From Vulcanimicrobiota bacterium (GTDB taxonomy: Bacteria > Vulcanimicrobiota > Vulcanimicrobiia > Vulcanimicrobiales > Vulcanimicrobiaceae), in NCBI GenBank assembly GCA_963812155.1, contig CAWETW010000003.1, forward strand, positions 640,001 through 704,000: DNA of 64,000 nucleotides, written 5' to 3'. The position numbers and the translations under genes are program-made. The notes below the pieces were generated by a model. It was given only the letters and a program-made list of their open reading frames with translations. It was not told the origin of the DNA and did not search any database. Positions within the stretch are counted from its first letter, which is position 1, and each line of letters opens with the position of its first letter. This document shows positions 21,358 through 30,993 of the stretch, one piece after another.

Positions 21358-24300
21358 TTAATGCGCTGTGGGCGTAATGGGAGCTTGCCCTTCGGCGATT
21401 GCGCCGTCTCGGCGAGGCGCGCCGTTGCGTTCCGCACGCCCGCCGCGCAGTTCCAGCGACTTAATGATGACGTAGAGCACCGGCGTGATGGCGAGATTCA
21501 AGAACGTCGAGAGGAGCATTCCGCCGAACACGACGGTGCCCAGCGAATGGCGCGCGGCGTTGCCGGCGCCGCTTGCAAATACGAGCGGCGTTACGGCAAT
21601 GACGAACGCGATCGACGTCATCAGAATCGGACGGAGCCGCGTGAGAGCCGCGCGTAACGCCGCCTGCACCACGTTTGCACCTTGCTTCAGTTGCTGATTG
21701 GCAAACTCCACGATCAGAATAGCGCTCTTGCTCGCTAGGCCGATAAGCATGACGTAGCCGACCTGCGCGTACGCATCTTGCGAAATCGAGGGATCGAAGA
21801 GAAAGGGGATCGGGAAGTGGCGGATGTTGATGAATGCCAGTGCGCCGAAGAGCGCGGCCGGCACTGCCAGCAGCACGATCAGCGGATCGATGAAACTCTC
21901 GTATTGCGCCGAAAGCACGAGAAAGACGAAGACGAGGCCCAGCGCAAAGATGAGCACGGCGAGCGGCCCTGCGGCGATTTGGTCGAGCTGCAGCCCGGTC
22001 CACTCGTAACTGACGCCGGCGGGCAGTATTTTCTGCGCGAGCTGCTGCATCGCGGTGATCGCCTCTCCCGAACTATGGCCCGGGGCCGAGTTGCCCTGCA
22101 GCTCGATATTGCGGTAAAGATTGTAATGCGTTATGACGGGCGGCCCTAACTGCATCTTGACGTTCATGAGCGCGTTGAGGGGCGTCATCACGACACCCGT
22201 GGCGGTGGTCTGCGTGGTCGCCGAACCGGGCGGCGGCGTCGCCAGCGGGTTGGTTCCCGTGGGAATGTTCGGGGCGCCCGAACCGTTGTGAACGTAAATC
22301 TGCTGCAGTGACGCGATGCTATTGCGGAACGGGGCATCGGCCTGTACGTCGACCTGCCAAGAACGATTGAGATACGTAAAGTTATTGACGAAGAGCGATC
22401 CGAGTTCCACCTCCATCGTCTGGAAGATGTCGCTCAGCGAGATGCCGATCGCTTTGGCTTTATTGCGGTCGACGTTGACTTGAAGCTGCGGCGAGTTGAT
22501 GCGGTACTGCGTGAAGACGCCGTTCAACCGGGGATCTTTCGCGGCCGCACCCATCATTGCGTACGTCAGTCCCATCAATTTATCCAGCCCGATGTTGCCG
22601 CGATCTTCCAGTTCGAACTGAAAACCGCCGACGGTGCCGACGCCGTTGATCGCGGGGGGATTGAACGCAAAGATTTGTGCTTGCGGAATCTGCATGTAGA
22701 ACGCGCCGTTGAGCCGCGCAAGCAGCGACGTGATGCTGTGCGGGCAAGGCTTAAGCAAGAGCGCGTTCAGCGGCGAGCATTCGCGTTCTCCCCACGGCTT
22801 GAGCAGCGCGAACATAAGTCCTCGGTTGGGCGCCGCGCCGCTGAAGCTGAATCCGCCGACGTCGAAGAGATGCGCGACTTCGGGCTGCGCGATGACGATC
22901 TTTTCCGCCTGTTTTGAGATCCGCTGTTCGCCCTGCAGCGACGTCCCTTCCGGCGTCTGCACCAGCATGATGAAGTAGCCCTGATCCTCTTCGGGGATGA
23001 ATGCCTGCGGCGTCGACACGAAGAGGAAGCCGGTCATCGCCAGCGCCAGTCCGAAAGCGCCGGCGACCCACCAACGATACCGGAACGCCTTGGGCAACTG
23101 GCGGGCGTACCACTCGCGAAATCCCTTGAAGCCGCGATTGAACCAACGGAAGAAGATGAAGGTCGATTCGGTTTCACCGCTGAGAAAACGCGCCGACAGC
23201 ACCGGCGCAAGCGTCAGCGCTTGGAACAGCGAGATCGAGATGGCGGCCGCGATCGTCAGCGCGAACTGCTTGTAGAGCTGACCGGTCGTGCCCGGGAAGA
23301 AGCCGACCGGAATGAACACCGCGAGCAGCACCAGCGAGGACGCGACGACGGCGCTCTGAATTTCCGCCATGGCCTCGGCAGCGCTGACGATCGCGTTCTT
23401 TTTGCCTTTGTTCATTTCGATATGGCGCGCGATGTTTTCGATGACGACGATCGCATCGTCGACGACCAGCCCGGTCGCCAACGTGAGCCCGAAGAGCGTA
23501 ATCGTATTGATCGAAAAGCCGACGATCTTCATGACGAAGAACGTGCCGACCAGCGAAACCGGGATCGTGGCCGCCGGGATCAGCGTCGAGCGCGGGTTCT
23601 GCAAGAAGACGTAGATGACCAGCACGACCAGCACGATCGAGAGCAGCAGCGTCAGCAGCACCTCTTTGATGGATTCCCGCACGAAGGTCGTGGTGTTGAA
23701 CGCGACCGTGTAGTGGACGCCCGGCGGGAACGACTTGGACAGCTGGTCCATTTGCGCGGTGACCGCGCGCGAAACGTCGAGCGCGTTGGCGGTGGAATAT
23801 TGCTGCACGCCTAAGCCGACGACGCGCGATTGACCGTCGAAGCGGAGTGCCGACGAGTAATCTTGCGCGCCGAGTTCCACCCTCGCCACGTCGCCGAGCC
23901 GCGTGAAGCCGCCGTTGGAGTTCGAGCGCAGGATGATGTTCGCGAACTGCGTGGGATCGGAGAGTTGCGTGACGGCGTTGACCGTGTACGTGTAGGGCTG
24001 TCCCTTAGGCGCGGGGGGCGAGCCGAGGCTGCCGACGCCGATCGCAACGTTCTGTTCCTGCAGCGAACTCACGACGTCTCCCACGTCGAGCCCTTGGGAG
24101 GCCAGCAGCCGCGGATTGAGCCAAACGCGCATCGCGTACTGGCGCTGGCCGAAGATGCGGATGCCCGAGACGCCGGACACGCGCGAGAGATTATTAACGA
24201 TGTTCAACTGCGCGTAGTTGCTGAGTTCGAGCGTGTCGTATTGCTTGCTGTCCGACGTGAGCGCAATGCCCATCACGAACGTGCCGGCGTTCTTCGAAAC

Positions 24301-24681
24301 GGTGACGCCGAGTTGCTGGACGCTGGCCGGCAGCGTGCCGAGCGCGGTTTGCGTTGCGTTTTGCACGTCGGCCGCAGCGATGTCGAGATCGACGCCGAGG
24401 TTGAACGTCAGCGTAATCGTCGAGATGCCCTGCGCGCTGGTGGAACTGATGTAACGCAGCCCCTGCACCGTGTTGACGGCTTGCTCGAGGGGCGTCGTGA
24501 CCTGAGCCTCCACCGCCTGCGGACTCGCTCCGACGTAGATGGCCGAAACGCTCACCACCGGCGGCGCAATTTGCGGATACTGCGCGATCGGCAACGTCGG
24601 TATCACCACACCGCCGCCGATGAGCACGATCAGGGAGCAGACGATGGCCAGGACGGGCCGGCCCAGGAATGCCTTGGTCAC
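21358..24681 (-). CDS. RND efflux transporter permease (HAE1/AcrB family)
   Basis: RPVLAIV, LPIAQYPQIAPP, MRVWL, GLVVDDAIVVIENI, KSAILIVEFA and RLRPILMTS. Confidence 0.95.
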   Translation of the reverse strand: MTKAFLGRPVLAIVCSLIVLIGGGVVIPTLPIAQYPQIAPPVVSVSAIYVGASPQAVEAQVTTPLEQAVNTVQGLRYISSTSAQGISTITLTFNLGVDLDIAAADVQNATQTALGTLPASVQQLGVTVSKNAGTFVMGIALTSDSKQYDTLELSNYAQLNIVNNLSRVSGVSGIRIFGQRQYAMRVWLNPRLLASQGLDVGDVVSSLQEQNVAIGVGSLGSPPAPKGQPYTYTVNAVTQLSDPTQFANIILRSNSNGGFTRLGDVARVELGAQDYSSALRFDGQSRVVGLGVQQYSTANALDVSRAVTAQMDQLSKSFPPGVHYTVAFNTTTFVRESIKEVLLTLLLSIVLVVLVIYVFLQNPRSTLIPAATIPVSLVGTFFVMKIVGFSINTITLFGLTLATGLVVDDAIVVIENIARHIEMNKGKKNAIVSAAEAMAEIQSAVVASSLVLLAVFIPVGFFPGTTGQLYKQFALTIAAAISISLFQALTLAPVLSARFLSGETESTFIFFRWFNRGFKGFREWYARQLPKAFRYRWWVAGAFGLALAMTGFLFVSTPQAFIPEEDQGYFIMLVQTPEGTSLQGEQRISKQAEKIVIAQPEVAHLFDVGGFSFSGAAPNRGLMFALLKPWGERECSPLNALLLKPCPHSITSLLARLNGAFYMQIPQAQIFAFNPPAINGVGTVGGFQFELEDRGNIGLDKLMGLTYAMMGAAAKDPRLNGVFTQYRINSPQLQVNVDRNKAKAIGISLSDIFQTMEVELGSLFVNNFTYLNRSWQVDVQADAPFRNSIASLQQIYVHNGSGAPNIPTGTNPLATPPPGSATTQTTATGVVMTPLNALMNVKMQLGPPVITHYNLYRNIELQGNSAPGHSSGEAITAMQQLAQKILPAGVSYEWTGLQLDQIAAGPLAVLIFALGLVFVFLVLSAQYESFIDPLIVLLAVPAALFGALAFINIRHFPIPFLFDPSISQDAYAQVGYVMLIGLASKSAILIVEFANQQLKQGANVVQAALRAALTRLRPILMTSIAFVIAVTPLVFASGAGNAARHSLGTVVFGGMLLSTFLNLAITPVLYVIIKSLELRGGRAERNGAPRRDGAIAEGQAPITPTAH

Positions 24682-24718
24682 GTTTTCCCCAAAACTCGCA
24701 AGCCGTACTCCGAGTTGC

Positions 24719-24874
24719 GCCCTTCGCCCTTCGCCCTTCGACTGCGGCGCTACGCGCCTCCGCTCAGGATGACAGCGCTTCGCGAGCTCCGCTCAGGATG
24801 ACATGGCTACGCAGCTCCGCTCAGGGTGACACAAATATGGGCGCGCGCCTGCGGGCGCTTAGCTCAGGGTGACT
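24719..24874. repeat. Tandem cluster of REP-like repeats
   Basis: (GCCCTTC)x3, then CTCCGCTCAGG(A/G)TGACA at 24758, 24787 and 24815, and a degenerate GCTCAGGGTGAC near 24862. Confidence 0.85.
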
Positions 24875-24914
24875 CGAGGCCGGGGCCGACGACGAGCCGG
24901 CGAGATGGACGACC

Positions 24915-25814
24915 TTAACCCGGGAAGGCTTGTTCGGCGTGGTACGAACTGCGCGACAGAGGGCTGGATACGACCTGATGGAAGCCCCTGGCCTTCGCGG
25001 CGTTTCCGAGATACTCGAACCGCTCCGGCGCGATGAACTCGACCACCGGAAGATGCTTCTTGCTCGGCTGCAGATATTGCCCCATCGTAAAGATGTCGAC
25101 GCCGGCGGAGCGCGCGTCGTCCATCGCTTGCTCGATCTCGCCGTCGGCTTCACCCAATCCCAGCATCAGCGACGTCTTGGTGTAACGTTCCGGAGCGCGG
25201 TTTTTTGCGTGCTCCAGCACCCGAAGCGACTGAGCGTACTTCGCGCGCTTGTCGCGCACCGAGGGCGTGAGGCGCGCGACCGTTTCGAGATTGTGCGCGA
25301 AGACGTCCGGCCCGGCGTCCATCACGATGTCGAGCGCCGTCAGGTCTCCGCGATAGTCGCCGCTGAGCACTTCGACGCGCGAATTCGGAACGCGGGCGTG
25401 AATCTCGCGCACGGTGTTCGCGAAGATCAGCGCTCCGCCGTCGAGGAGATCGTCGCGGTCCACGGCCGTGAGCACCAAGTATTTCCAGCCGAGATCGCGG
25501 ACGGCTTCGGCGACGCGGACCGGTTCGAGCCAGTCGATTTCGCCGCGAGGATTGCCGGTCTTCACGTTACAGAACCGGCACCCGCGCGTGCACACGTCGC
25601 CGAGAATCATGATGGTCGCCGTCCCGGCGCCCCAGCACTCGGCGAGATTCGGACACGCCGCTTCCTTGCACACGGTGTGGAGTGCCAGCGCGTTGACACG
25701 CTCCTTCACGCGCTCGTACTCGTCGCCGGAGGGCAGCGACACGCGCAGCCACGGCGGTTTGCGGACGTGCAGCGGCGGAGCCGGCGGCCGCGTTAAATCG
25801 ACGTCGATTGCCAT
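24915..25814 (-). CDS. lipA: Lipoyl synthase
   Basis: RKPPWLR, CKEAACPNLAEC, CTRGCRFC, HNLETV and RSSYHA. Confidence 0.97.
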   Translation of the reverse strand: MAIDVDLTRPPAPPLHVRKPPWLRVSLPSGDEYERVKERVNALALHTVCKEAACPNLAECWGAGTATIMILGDVCTRGCRFCNVKTGNPRGEIDWLEPVRVAEAVRDLGWKYLVLTAVDRDDLLDGGALIFANTVREIHARVPNSRVEVLSGDYRGDLTALDIVMDAGPDVFAHNLETVARLTPSVRDKRAKYAQSLRVLEHAKNRAPERYTKTSLMLGLGEADGEIEQAMDDARSAGVDIFTMGQYLQPSKKHLPVVEFIAPERFEYLGNAAKARGFHQVVSSPLSRSSYHAEQAFPG

Positions 25815-26473
25815 TGTATCTCGAACGCCTTCGCCAGCTCATCGAGCAGCACGCGCTTCGCCTCGTCGACCGCGATCGGCCGACCACACTCTTTCGAAAG
25901 CGAGGTGATGCCGCGGCCGGGTAATCCGCACGGTGAGATCAGCCGGTCGTAGTCGAGTCGCGTGGAAACGTTCAGCGCGATACCGTGGAGCGTCACCATC
26001 GCGCGCACGGCGAGCCCTATCGCGCAGAGTTGATTGAAACCGACCCATACGCCGGCGTGCTCGCTCCAGCGCTCGGCTGCGACGCCGAACCGCGCGCAGG
26101 CCGACATGACGGCGCCTTCGAGATCGCGCACGAGCGGAACGACCTCGCGAAAGCGCGCGAGCCGGCGAATCGGGTAGACGACCAGCTGGCCCGGACCGTG
26201 ATACGTCACGTCGCCCCCGCGCTCGACGGCCACGACGTCGATGCCGCGCTCGGCGAGGACGTCGTCGGAAAGCAACACATTTTCGCGTTTGGCACGGCGC
26301 CCCAGCGTTATCACCGGCGGATGCTCGACGACGATCCAGGTGTCGGGTTCGCGTCCGTCACGCACGGCGTCGTGTAAGCGGTGCTGCAAATCCCAAACGT
26401 CGCGATACGGGCGCGTTCCCATATCGAGCAGCCGGGCGTGGAGTGGAGTCGCGGCCGCCGCGGTTACGATCAT
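25793..26473 (-). CDS. lipB: Octanoyltransferase
   Basis: EHPPVITLGR, RGGDVTYHGPGQLVVYP, GVWV, HGIALNV and PCG. ATGA overlap with lpdA. Confidence 0.93.
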   Translation of the reverse strand: MIVTAAAATPLHARLLDMGTRPYRDVWDLQHRLHDAVRDGREPDTWIVVEHPPVITLGRRAKRENVLLSDDVLAERGIDVVAVERGGDVTYHGPGQLVVYPIRRLARFREVVPLVRDLEGAVMSACARFGVAAERWSEHAGVWVGFNQLCAIGLAVRAMVTLHGIALNVSTRLDYDRLISPCGLPGRGITSLSKECGRPIAVDEAKRVLLDELAKAFEIQWQSTSI

Positions 26474-27915
26474 TTCGCTGCGGCGGTCGCCTTCGGCTTT
26501 GGATTGACGATGTGAATCGCTTTGCCGTGAGCCGCCTCGGCGGCATCCATGATCGATTCGGTGAGCGTCGGATGCGGATGTATCGAGAGCCCGATGTCTT
26601 CGAGCGTCGCGCCCATCTCGAGCGCGATGACGCCTTCGCCGATGAGCGATTCGGCTTGCGGGGCAACGATGTGCATGCCGAGCAGCAAATCGCTTTTTGC
26701 ATCGCCGACCAGTTTGAGCAGGCCGTCGCTCTGGTTCATCGTGCGCGCGCGGCCGCTCGCGGCAAGCGGAAACTTGCCGATGCGCACTTCGAAGCCTTTG
26801 GCCTTCGCTTCTTCCTCGGAGAGGCCGACCGTCGCGACTTCCGGATCGGTGTAGACGCAGTTCGGCACTGCGACCGGATCGAACGCCGCCGACTTGTCGC
26901 CGGCAATCACCTCGGCAGCGACGACGCCCTGCTTCATCGCGCGGTGCGCGAGGAGCGGTTGGCCGGTGACGTCGCCGATGGCAAAGACGTTGGGCGTTTT
27001 CGTGCGCATTTGCTGATCTACAACGATGAAACCCTTGTCGTCGGCCGCGAGATTCGCTCCTTGTAAATTGAGGTTGTCGGTCACCGGCCGCCGGCCGACT
27101 GCGACGAGCACCATGTCGAACTCGCGCGTCTCGTCTTTGCCGCCGGTCCCGGCGCCGTTGAGGGTCGCACGCACCGTCGACCCCTGCTTTTCGAGGGTGC
27201 CGACTTTCGTGTCGAGCATTATTTCGACGCCCTGCTTTTTCAGAATGCGCCCGAGCGTCTTGCCGATTTCGGCGTCGGTGCCGGTAAGAATTTGCGGCAT
27301 CATCTCGACCACCAGCACGCCGGCGCCCATGCGCGCAAACACGGTGGCGAACTCCAAACCGATCACGCCGCCGCCGATCACGAGCAGCTTCTTGGGAATG
27401 CGTCCGATGTTGACCGCGTCGTCGGAGTTCACGATCGTTTCGCCGTCGTGCGGCCACGCCTTGACGTCCACCGGCGCAGAACCGGTTGCGATGACGATGT
27501 TGGCGGCCTTGATCGTGTCGGTGCCGCCGTCTCTTTTTTTGACGAGCACTTCGGTGGGACTCGTGAACGACGCTTCGCCGTAGAGAAACTCTACGCCGTT
27601 GGCTTTGAAGAGCGTCTTCACGCCGCCGACGTTGGCGTTGACCACGTCGGTCTTGAACTTCGCGACGCCTTCGCGATCGACGTCGGCTTTGGGAACCTTT
27701 AAGCCGATCGCAGCCGCGTCCTCGATGTGACGGATCACTTCGCCGACGTGCAGCAGCGCTTTGGTGGGAATGCACCCCCAGTTGAGACAGACGCCGCCGA
27801 CCTCGTCGCGGTCGACGCAGAGAACTTTCTTGCCAAGCTGACCGAGGCGAATGGCGGCGTGATAACCCCCCGGCCCGGCGCCGATGACGACCGCGTCAAC
27901 CTGATGTTCTGCCAA
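26470..27915 (-). CDS. lpdA: Dihydrolipoamide dehydrogenase
   Basis: GAGPGGY, GGVCLNWGCIPTKAL, IGGGVIGLE, LAHRA and HPHPTLTE. TTG start. Confidence 0.96.
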   Translation of the reverse strand: MAEHQVDAVVIGAGPGGYHAAIRLGQLGKKVLCVDRDEVGGVCLNWGCIPTKALLHVGEVIRHIEDAAAIGLKVPKADVDREGVAKFKTDVVNANVGGVKTLFKANGVEFLYGEASFTSPTEVLVKKRDGGTDTIKAANIVIATGSAPVDVKAWPHDGETIVNSDDAVNIGRIPKKLLVIGGGVIGLEFATVFARMGAGVLVVEMMPQILTGTDAEIGKTLGRILKKQGVEIMLDTKVGTLEKQGSTVRATLNGAGTGGKDETREFDMVLVAVGRRPVTDNLNLQGANLAADDKGFIVVDQQMRTKTPNVFAIGDVTGQPLLAHRAMKQGVVAAEVIAGDKSAAFDPVAVPNCVYTDPEVATVGLSEEEAKAKGFEVRIGKFPLAASGRARTMNQSDGLLKLVGDAKSDLLLGMHIVAPQAESLIGEGVIALEMGATLEDIGLSIHPHPTLTESIMDAAEAAHGKAIHIVNPKPKATAAAK

Positions 27916-27955
27916 GCTCGTGCTCCTGTTCGTGGCGATGTGCTGCGGACTGCGA

Positions 27956-27975
27956 CCCTTCGACTCCCTCAGGGG
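27956..27975. repeat. Degenerate REP-like copy
   Basis: cccttcgactccctcagggg resembles the CCCTTCGACT...CTCAGG core. Lies in the lpdA/MocR divergent region. Confidence 0.45.
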
Positions 27976-28010
27976 TCCGGGCCTCGAACGTTTCGAAATT
28001 GGACTGCCCC

Positions 28011-29474
28011 ATGACGGCCGTTGGATGGCACAACGTCTTACCGGAGCTCGACCGCGCGTCGATCGTTCCGCTATACCGTCAAATTTACGAGGGTGTGCGG
28101 GAAGCGATTCTCACCGGGACGCTCCCCGAATCGACCCGTCTTCCTCCCGAACGCAGCCTGGCGCAACGTCTGGAAGTGAACCGCAGCACGGTCGTGCACG
28201 CATACCGCGAGCTCGTCGCGGACGGCCTCATCGAACAGCGCGTCGGCGCCGGGTCGCGGGTCGTGCCGCAGTTGCGCGCCGGCCAGCCGGAACGCGCGGC
28301 GGGCGTTCCGTGGTGGGTAACGCTCCCGCCGTGGCGCGTCGGCGAGTTCCCGAACATACTGGGCGAACTCGCGGCCAAGCCGCAGAGCGGCCGCATCTCG
28401 TTCGTGCAGGGCGTCGCGCCCGACGAGCCGTCGCCATTGGGCGCGCTGGCGAAGTCGTTCGGCCGCGTCGCCACCGATCCGCGCTTCATTCTGTCGTACG
28501 GCGATTCGGAAGGCTACGAGCCGTTGCGCACCGCCATTGCCGCGCGCATGAACGCCCGCGGGGCAACTACGGTGGCGCCCAACAACGTCATCGTGCTTAC
28601 CGGCTCGACGCAGGGCATCGCCATCGTCGCGCAGAGTCTGGCCGAGCCGGGCGACGAGATCGTCGTCGAATCGCCCTCGTATCCGGGAGCGCTGCAAGTC
28701 TTTCAAATCAACGGATTGCGCGCGATCGCGGTGCCGGTCGACGACGAGGGCATGCGCGTCGATCACGTCGAGGCCGTGCTGCGTACGCGCCGCCCACGTT
28801 TCATCTACACGATGCCGTCGCTGCACAATCCGACCAACGCGAGCATGAACGCCGATCGCCGCGAGCGCCTCACGACGATCGCGCGCCGCGCCGGCGTCCC
28901 GATCGTCGAAGACGACCCGTACGGGCCGCTGGCGGGCGCCGGTCCGCCGCTCGTCGCGCTCGCGCCCGACCACGTCGTGTATCTCTCGACGTTTTCGAAA
29001 ACGATCGCACCGTCGCTGCGCGTCGGATGGCTGGCGGCGCCGCGCACGATTCTCGAACGGCTGCTCCTGCGCAAACAAGCGTACGACATGGCAACCAGTC
29101 TCTACGTGCAAGCGGCGGTGACGGATTACTTAGAGAGCGCTTACGACGCGCACGTCGCCCAGCTGCAAGAGGAACTGCTGCTGCGCCGCAAGCTTGCCGA
29201 CGACGCGATCGCTCGCTACTGGCCGGCGTCGCTCAAGGTGAGCCGGCCGGCCGGCGGCTTCTACGCGTGGGCCACGACGCCGCGTGAAGTACGCGCGCGC
29301 GCATTGCTCGATGCCGCCGAACGGCTCGGCGCCTCGTTTCTATTCGGCGAAGCGTTCTTCGCGAACTCGGGCGGCGACCATAACTTCCGTTTGGCGCTGA
29401 CCGCCGTCAAGCGCCGCGATATCGCCGAAGGCATTCGCCGCATCGGCGAGGCCGCCGCGTCACTGCGCCCGTGA
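28011..29474 (+). CDS. MocR/GabR-family regulator (GntR wHTH plus PLP aminotransferase domain)
   Basis: PLYRQIY, RLPPERSLA...VNRSTVVHAYREL, GSTQG, IVEDDPY and STFSKTIAPSLRVGW. Confidence 0.93.
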   Translation: MTAVGWHNVLPELDRASIVPLYRQIYEGVREAILTGTLPESTRLPPERSLAQRLEVNRSTVVHAYRELVADGLIEQRVGAGSRVVPQLRAGQPERAAGVPWWVTLPPWRVGEFPNILGELAAKPQSGRISFVQGVAPDEPSPLGALAKSFGRVATDPRFILSYGDSEGYEPLRTAIAARMNARGATTVAPNNVIVLTGSTQGIAIVAQSLAEPGDEIVVESPSYPGALQVFQINGLRAIAVPVDDEGMRVDHVEAVLRTRRPRFIYTMPSLHNPTNASMNADRRERLTTIARRAGVPIVEDDPYGPLAGAGPPLVALAPDHVVYLSTFSKTIAPSLRVGWLAAPRTILERLLLRKQAYDMATSLYVQAAVTDYLESAYDAHVAQLQEELLLRRKLADDAIARYWPASLKVSRPAGGFYAWATTPREVRARALLDAAERLGASFLFGEAFFANSGGDHNFRLALTAVKRRDIAEGIRRIGEAAASLRP

Positions 29475-30394
29475 GCCCGATGCCGTTTCGCGCGATCCGG
29501 CGATCGTTGCTGGCGTGGTACGCGCGGCATGGTCGGGCGACGCTTCCTTGGCGCGCCGCGCGCAGCCCGTACCGCACGCTCGTCAGCGAATTCATGCTGC
29601 AGCAGACGCAAGTCGATCGCGTCGTTGCGCATTTCGAAGCGTTCGTACGGCGATTTCCGGATTTCGCGACGCTGGCGGCGGCGCCGGTGTCCGAGGTGGT
29701 GCGCGCGTGGAAAGGCCTCGGTTACAACGCTCGCGCGGTTCGGCTGCAGGGCGTCGCCCAAGCGGTCGTCGCGCGCTACGACGGCGAGATGCCGAGCGAC
29801 ATCGCCTTGCTTGCAGCGATGCCGGGAATCGGCGCATATACGGCAGCGGCGATCCGCGCATTCGCATTCGACGCCGCCGACGCACCGGTCGATACGAACG
29901 TACGGCGCATCCTGCACCGGCTGTTTTACGGCGTCGAATTCCCGGCGCGCGCGACGGCGCGCGAACTCGCCGATCTCGCGCGCGATCTGGTGCCGCCCGG
30001 AAAGGCGCACGATTGGAGTTCGAGCCTCATGGATTTAGGCGCGACGATCTGCACCGCTCGCGCGCCGCGATGCGCTCGATGTCCGCTGCGACGTTACTGC
30101 GCTGCGGCGCCGGTCGACGCTGCCGAGTTGGAACGCCGAAGGCGTGCGCAGCCGCGCGCACCGTCACGCGTGCCCGAACGCTTCGAACGGACGTCCCGCT
30201 TCGCGCGCGGCCGCATCGTCGACCGCTTGCGCGAGCTGCCGCCCGGGGAGCGCATTTCGCTGCTCGATCTCCATCGCTGCCTCGCGCCGGTTCTTCCCGG
30301 CCGCGACGCGAGCGAGGTGGCGGCGCTCGTCGGCGCGCTCGAACGCGACGGTCTCGTGAGAGCCGACGGCGAGATGGTTGCGCTGCAGGATTAG
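29471..30394 (+). CDS. mutY: A/G-specific adenine glycosylase (short form)
   Basis: LPWR, SEFMLQQTQV, WKGLGY, PGIGAYTA, VDTNVRR and the Fe-S motif CTARAPRCARCPLRRYC. Confidence 0.92.
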   Translation: MSPMPFRAIRRSLLAWYARHGRATLPWRAARSPYRTLVSEFMLQQTQVDRVVAHFEAFVRRFPDFATLAAAPVSEVVRAWKGLGYNARAVRLQGVAQAVVARYDGEMPSDIALLAAMPGIGAYTAAAIRAFAFDAADAPVDTNVRRILHRLFYGVEFPARATARELADLARDLVPPGKAHDWSSSLMDLGATICTARAPRCARCPLRRYCAAAPVDAAELERRRRAQPRAPSRVPERFERTSRFARGRIVDRLRELPPGERISLLDLHRCLAPVLPGRDASEVAALVGALERDGLVRADGEMVALQD

Positions 30395-30939
30395 CCCGGC
30401 GACTTCGCCGGTTCGTTGGAGAGGTCGAGCTCCAACACGGGAATGACGAGACGCCGCCGGAACGAGCGCGCGTCGACCACGCTGTACGTTCCCAGCGGTC
30501 GCGCGTAGAGTTGCAGCGAGAAGGCACTGTCGGTTGCGCTGGGGTTGCGGACGAGATGCAGTTCGGTGGGCGCCAGGCGATGGTCGAGGTCGCCGGCACG
30601 CAGATCGATTCGCTCGCGTTCGCGCAGCCGCACCACGTCCGTGTCGATTTCGCCTGCATCGCAGGCGTAGTTTTGCACGTCGAGCGCGCCCTCCAGCATC
30701 AGCACCCAACAGCGCGATGCGCCGTGGTCGTGAATCGGACTTACCGAGAGCGGCGCCCAATTCATCGCGACGATCTCGTACTCGGGAGCGATTGCCAGCC
30801 GTGTCCGGCTGTACGCGTGCGGGACGACCGGCAGCCGTTCGCGGTATGCGGCGAATGCTGTCGCAAAGCGCGTCATTTCGCGTGAGAATTCGCCGTCACC
30901 CATGACGTCCGCGAGAACGCGCGCGAGTTCGGCAGGCAT
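30391..30939 (-). CDS. Cysteine dioxygenase-family cupin
   Basis: YSRTRL, W...SPIHDHG.SRC, HLVRN and SLQLY. Confidence 0.8.
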   Translation of the reverse strand: MPAELARVLADVMGDGEFSREMTRFATAFAAYRERLPVVPHAYSRTRLAIAPEYEIVAMNWAPLSVSPIHDHGASRCWVLMLEGALDVQNYACDAGEIDTDVVRLRERERIDLRAGDLDHRLAPTELHLVRNPSATDSAFSLQLYARPLGTYSVVDARSFRRRLVIPVLELDLSNEPAKSPG

Positions 30940-30993
30940 CGCCCGTCGAGTTCCGCACCGGGCCAAGGGGACCTGTAAGCGACCGCGTAAGGC

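Noticed and set aside
24719..24874. Possible mini CRISPR array
   Set aside because: The repeat is only about 17 bp with 11-12 bp spacers, the same motif is dispersed as single copies, and no cas genes are present.
25793..27775. 660-aa ORF ending in LipB
   Set aside because: The upstream part is an off-frame reading of lpdA. LipB starts at 26473.
27990..28030. TTGGA direct repeats as a MocR operator
   Set aside because: Too short, and one copy lies inside the coding region; cannot be supported without comparative data.
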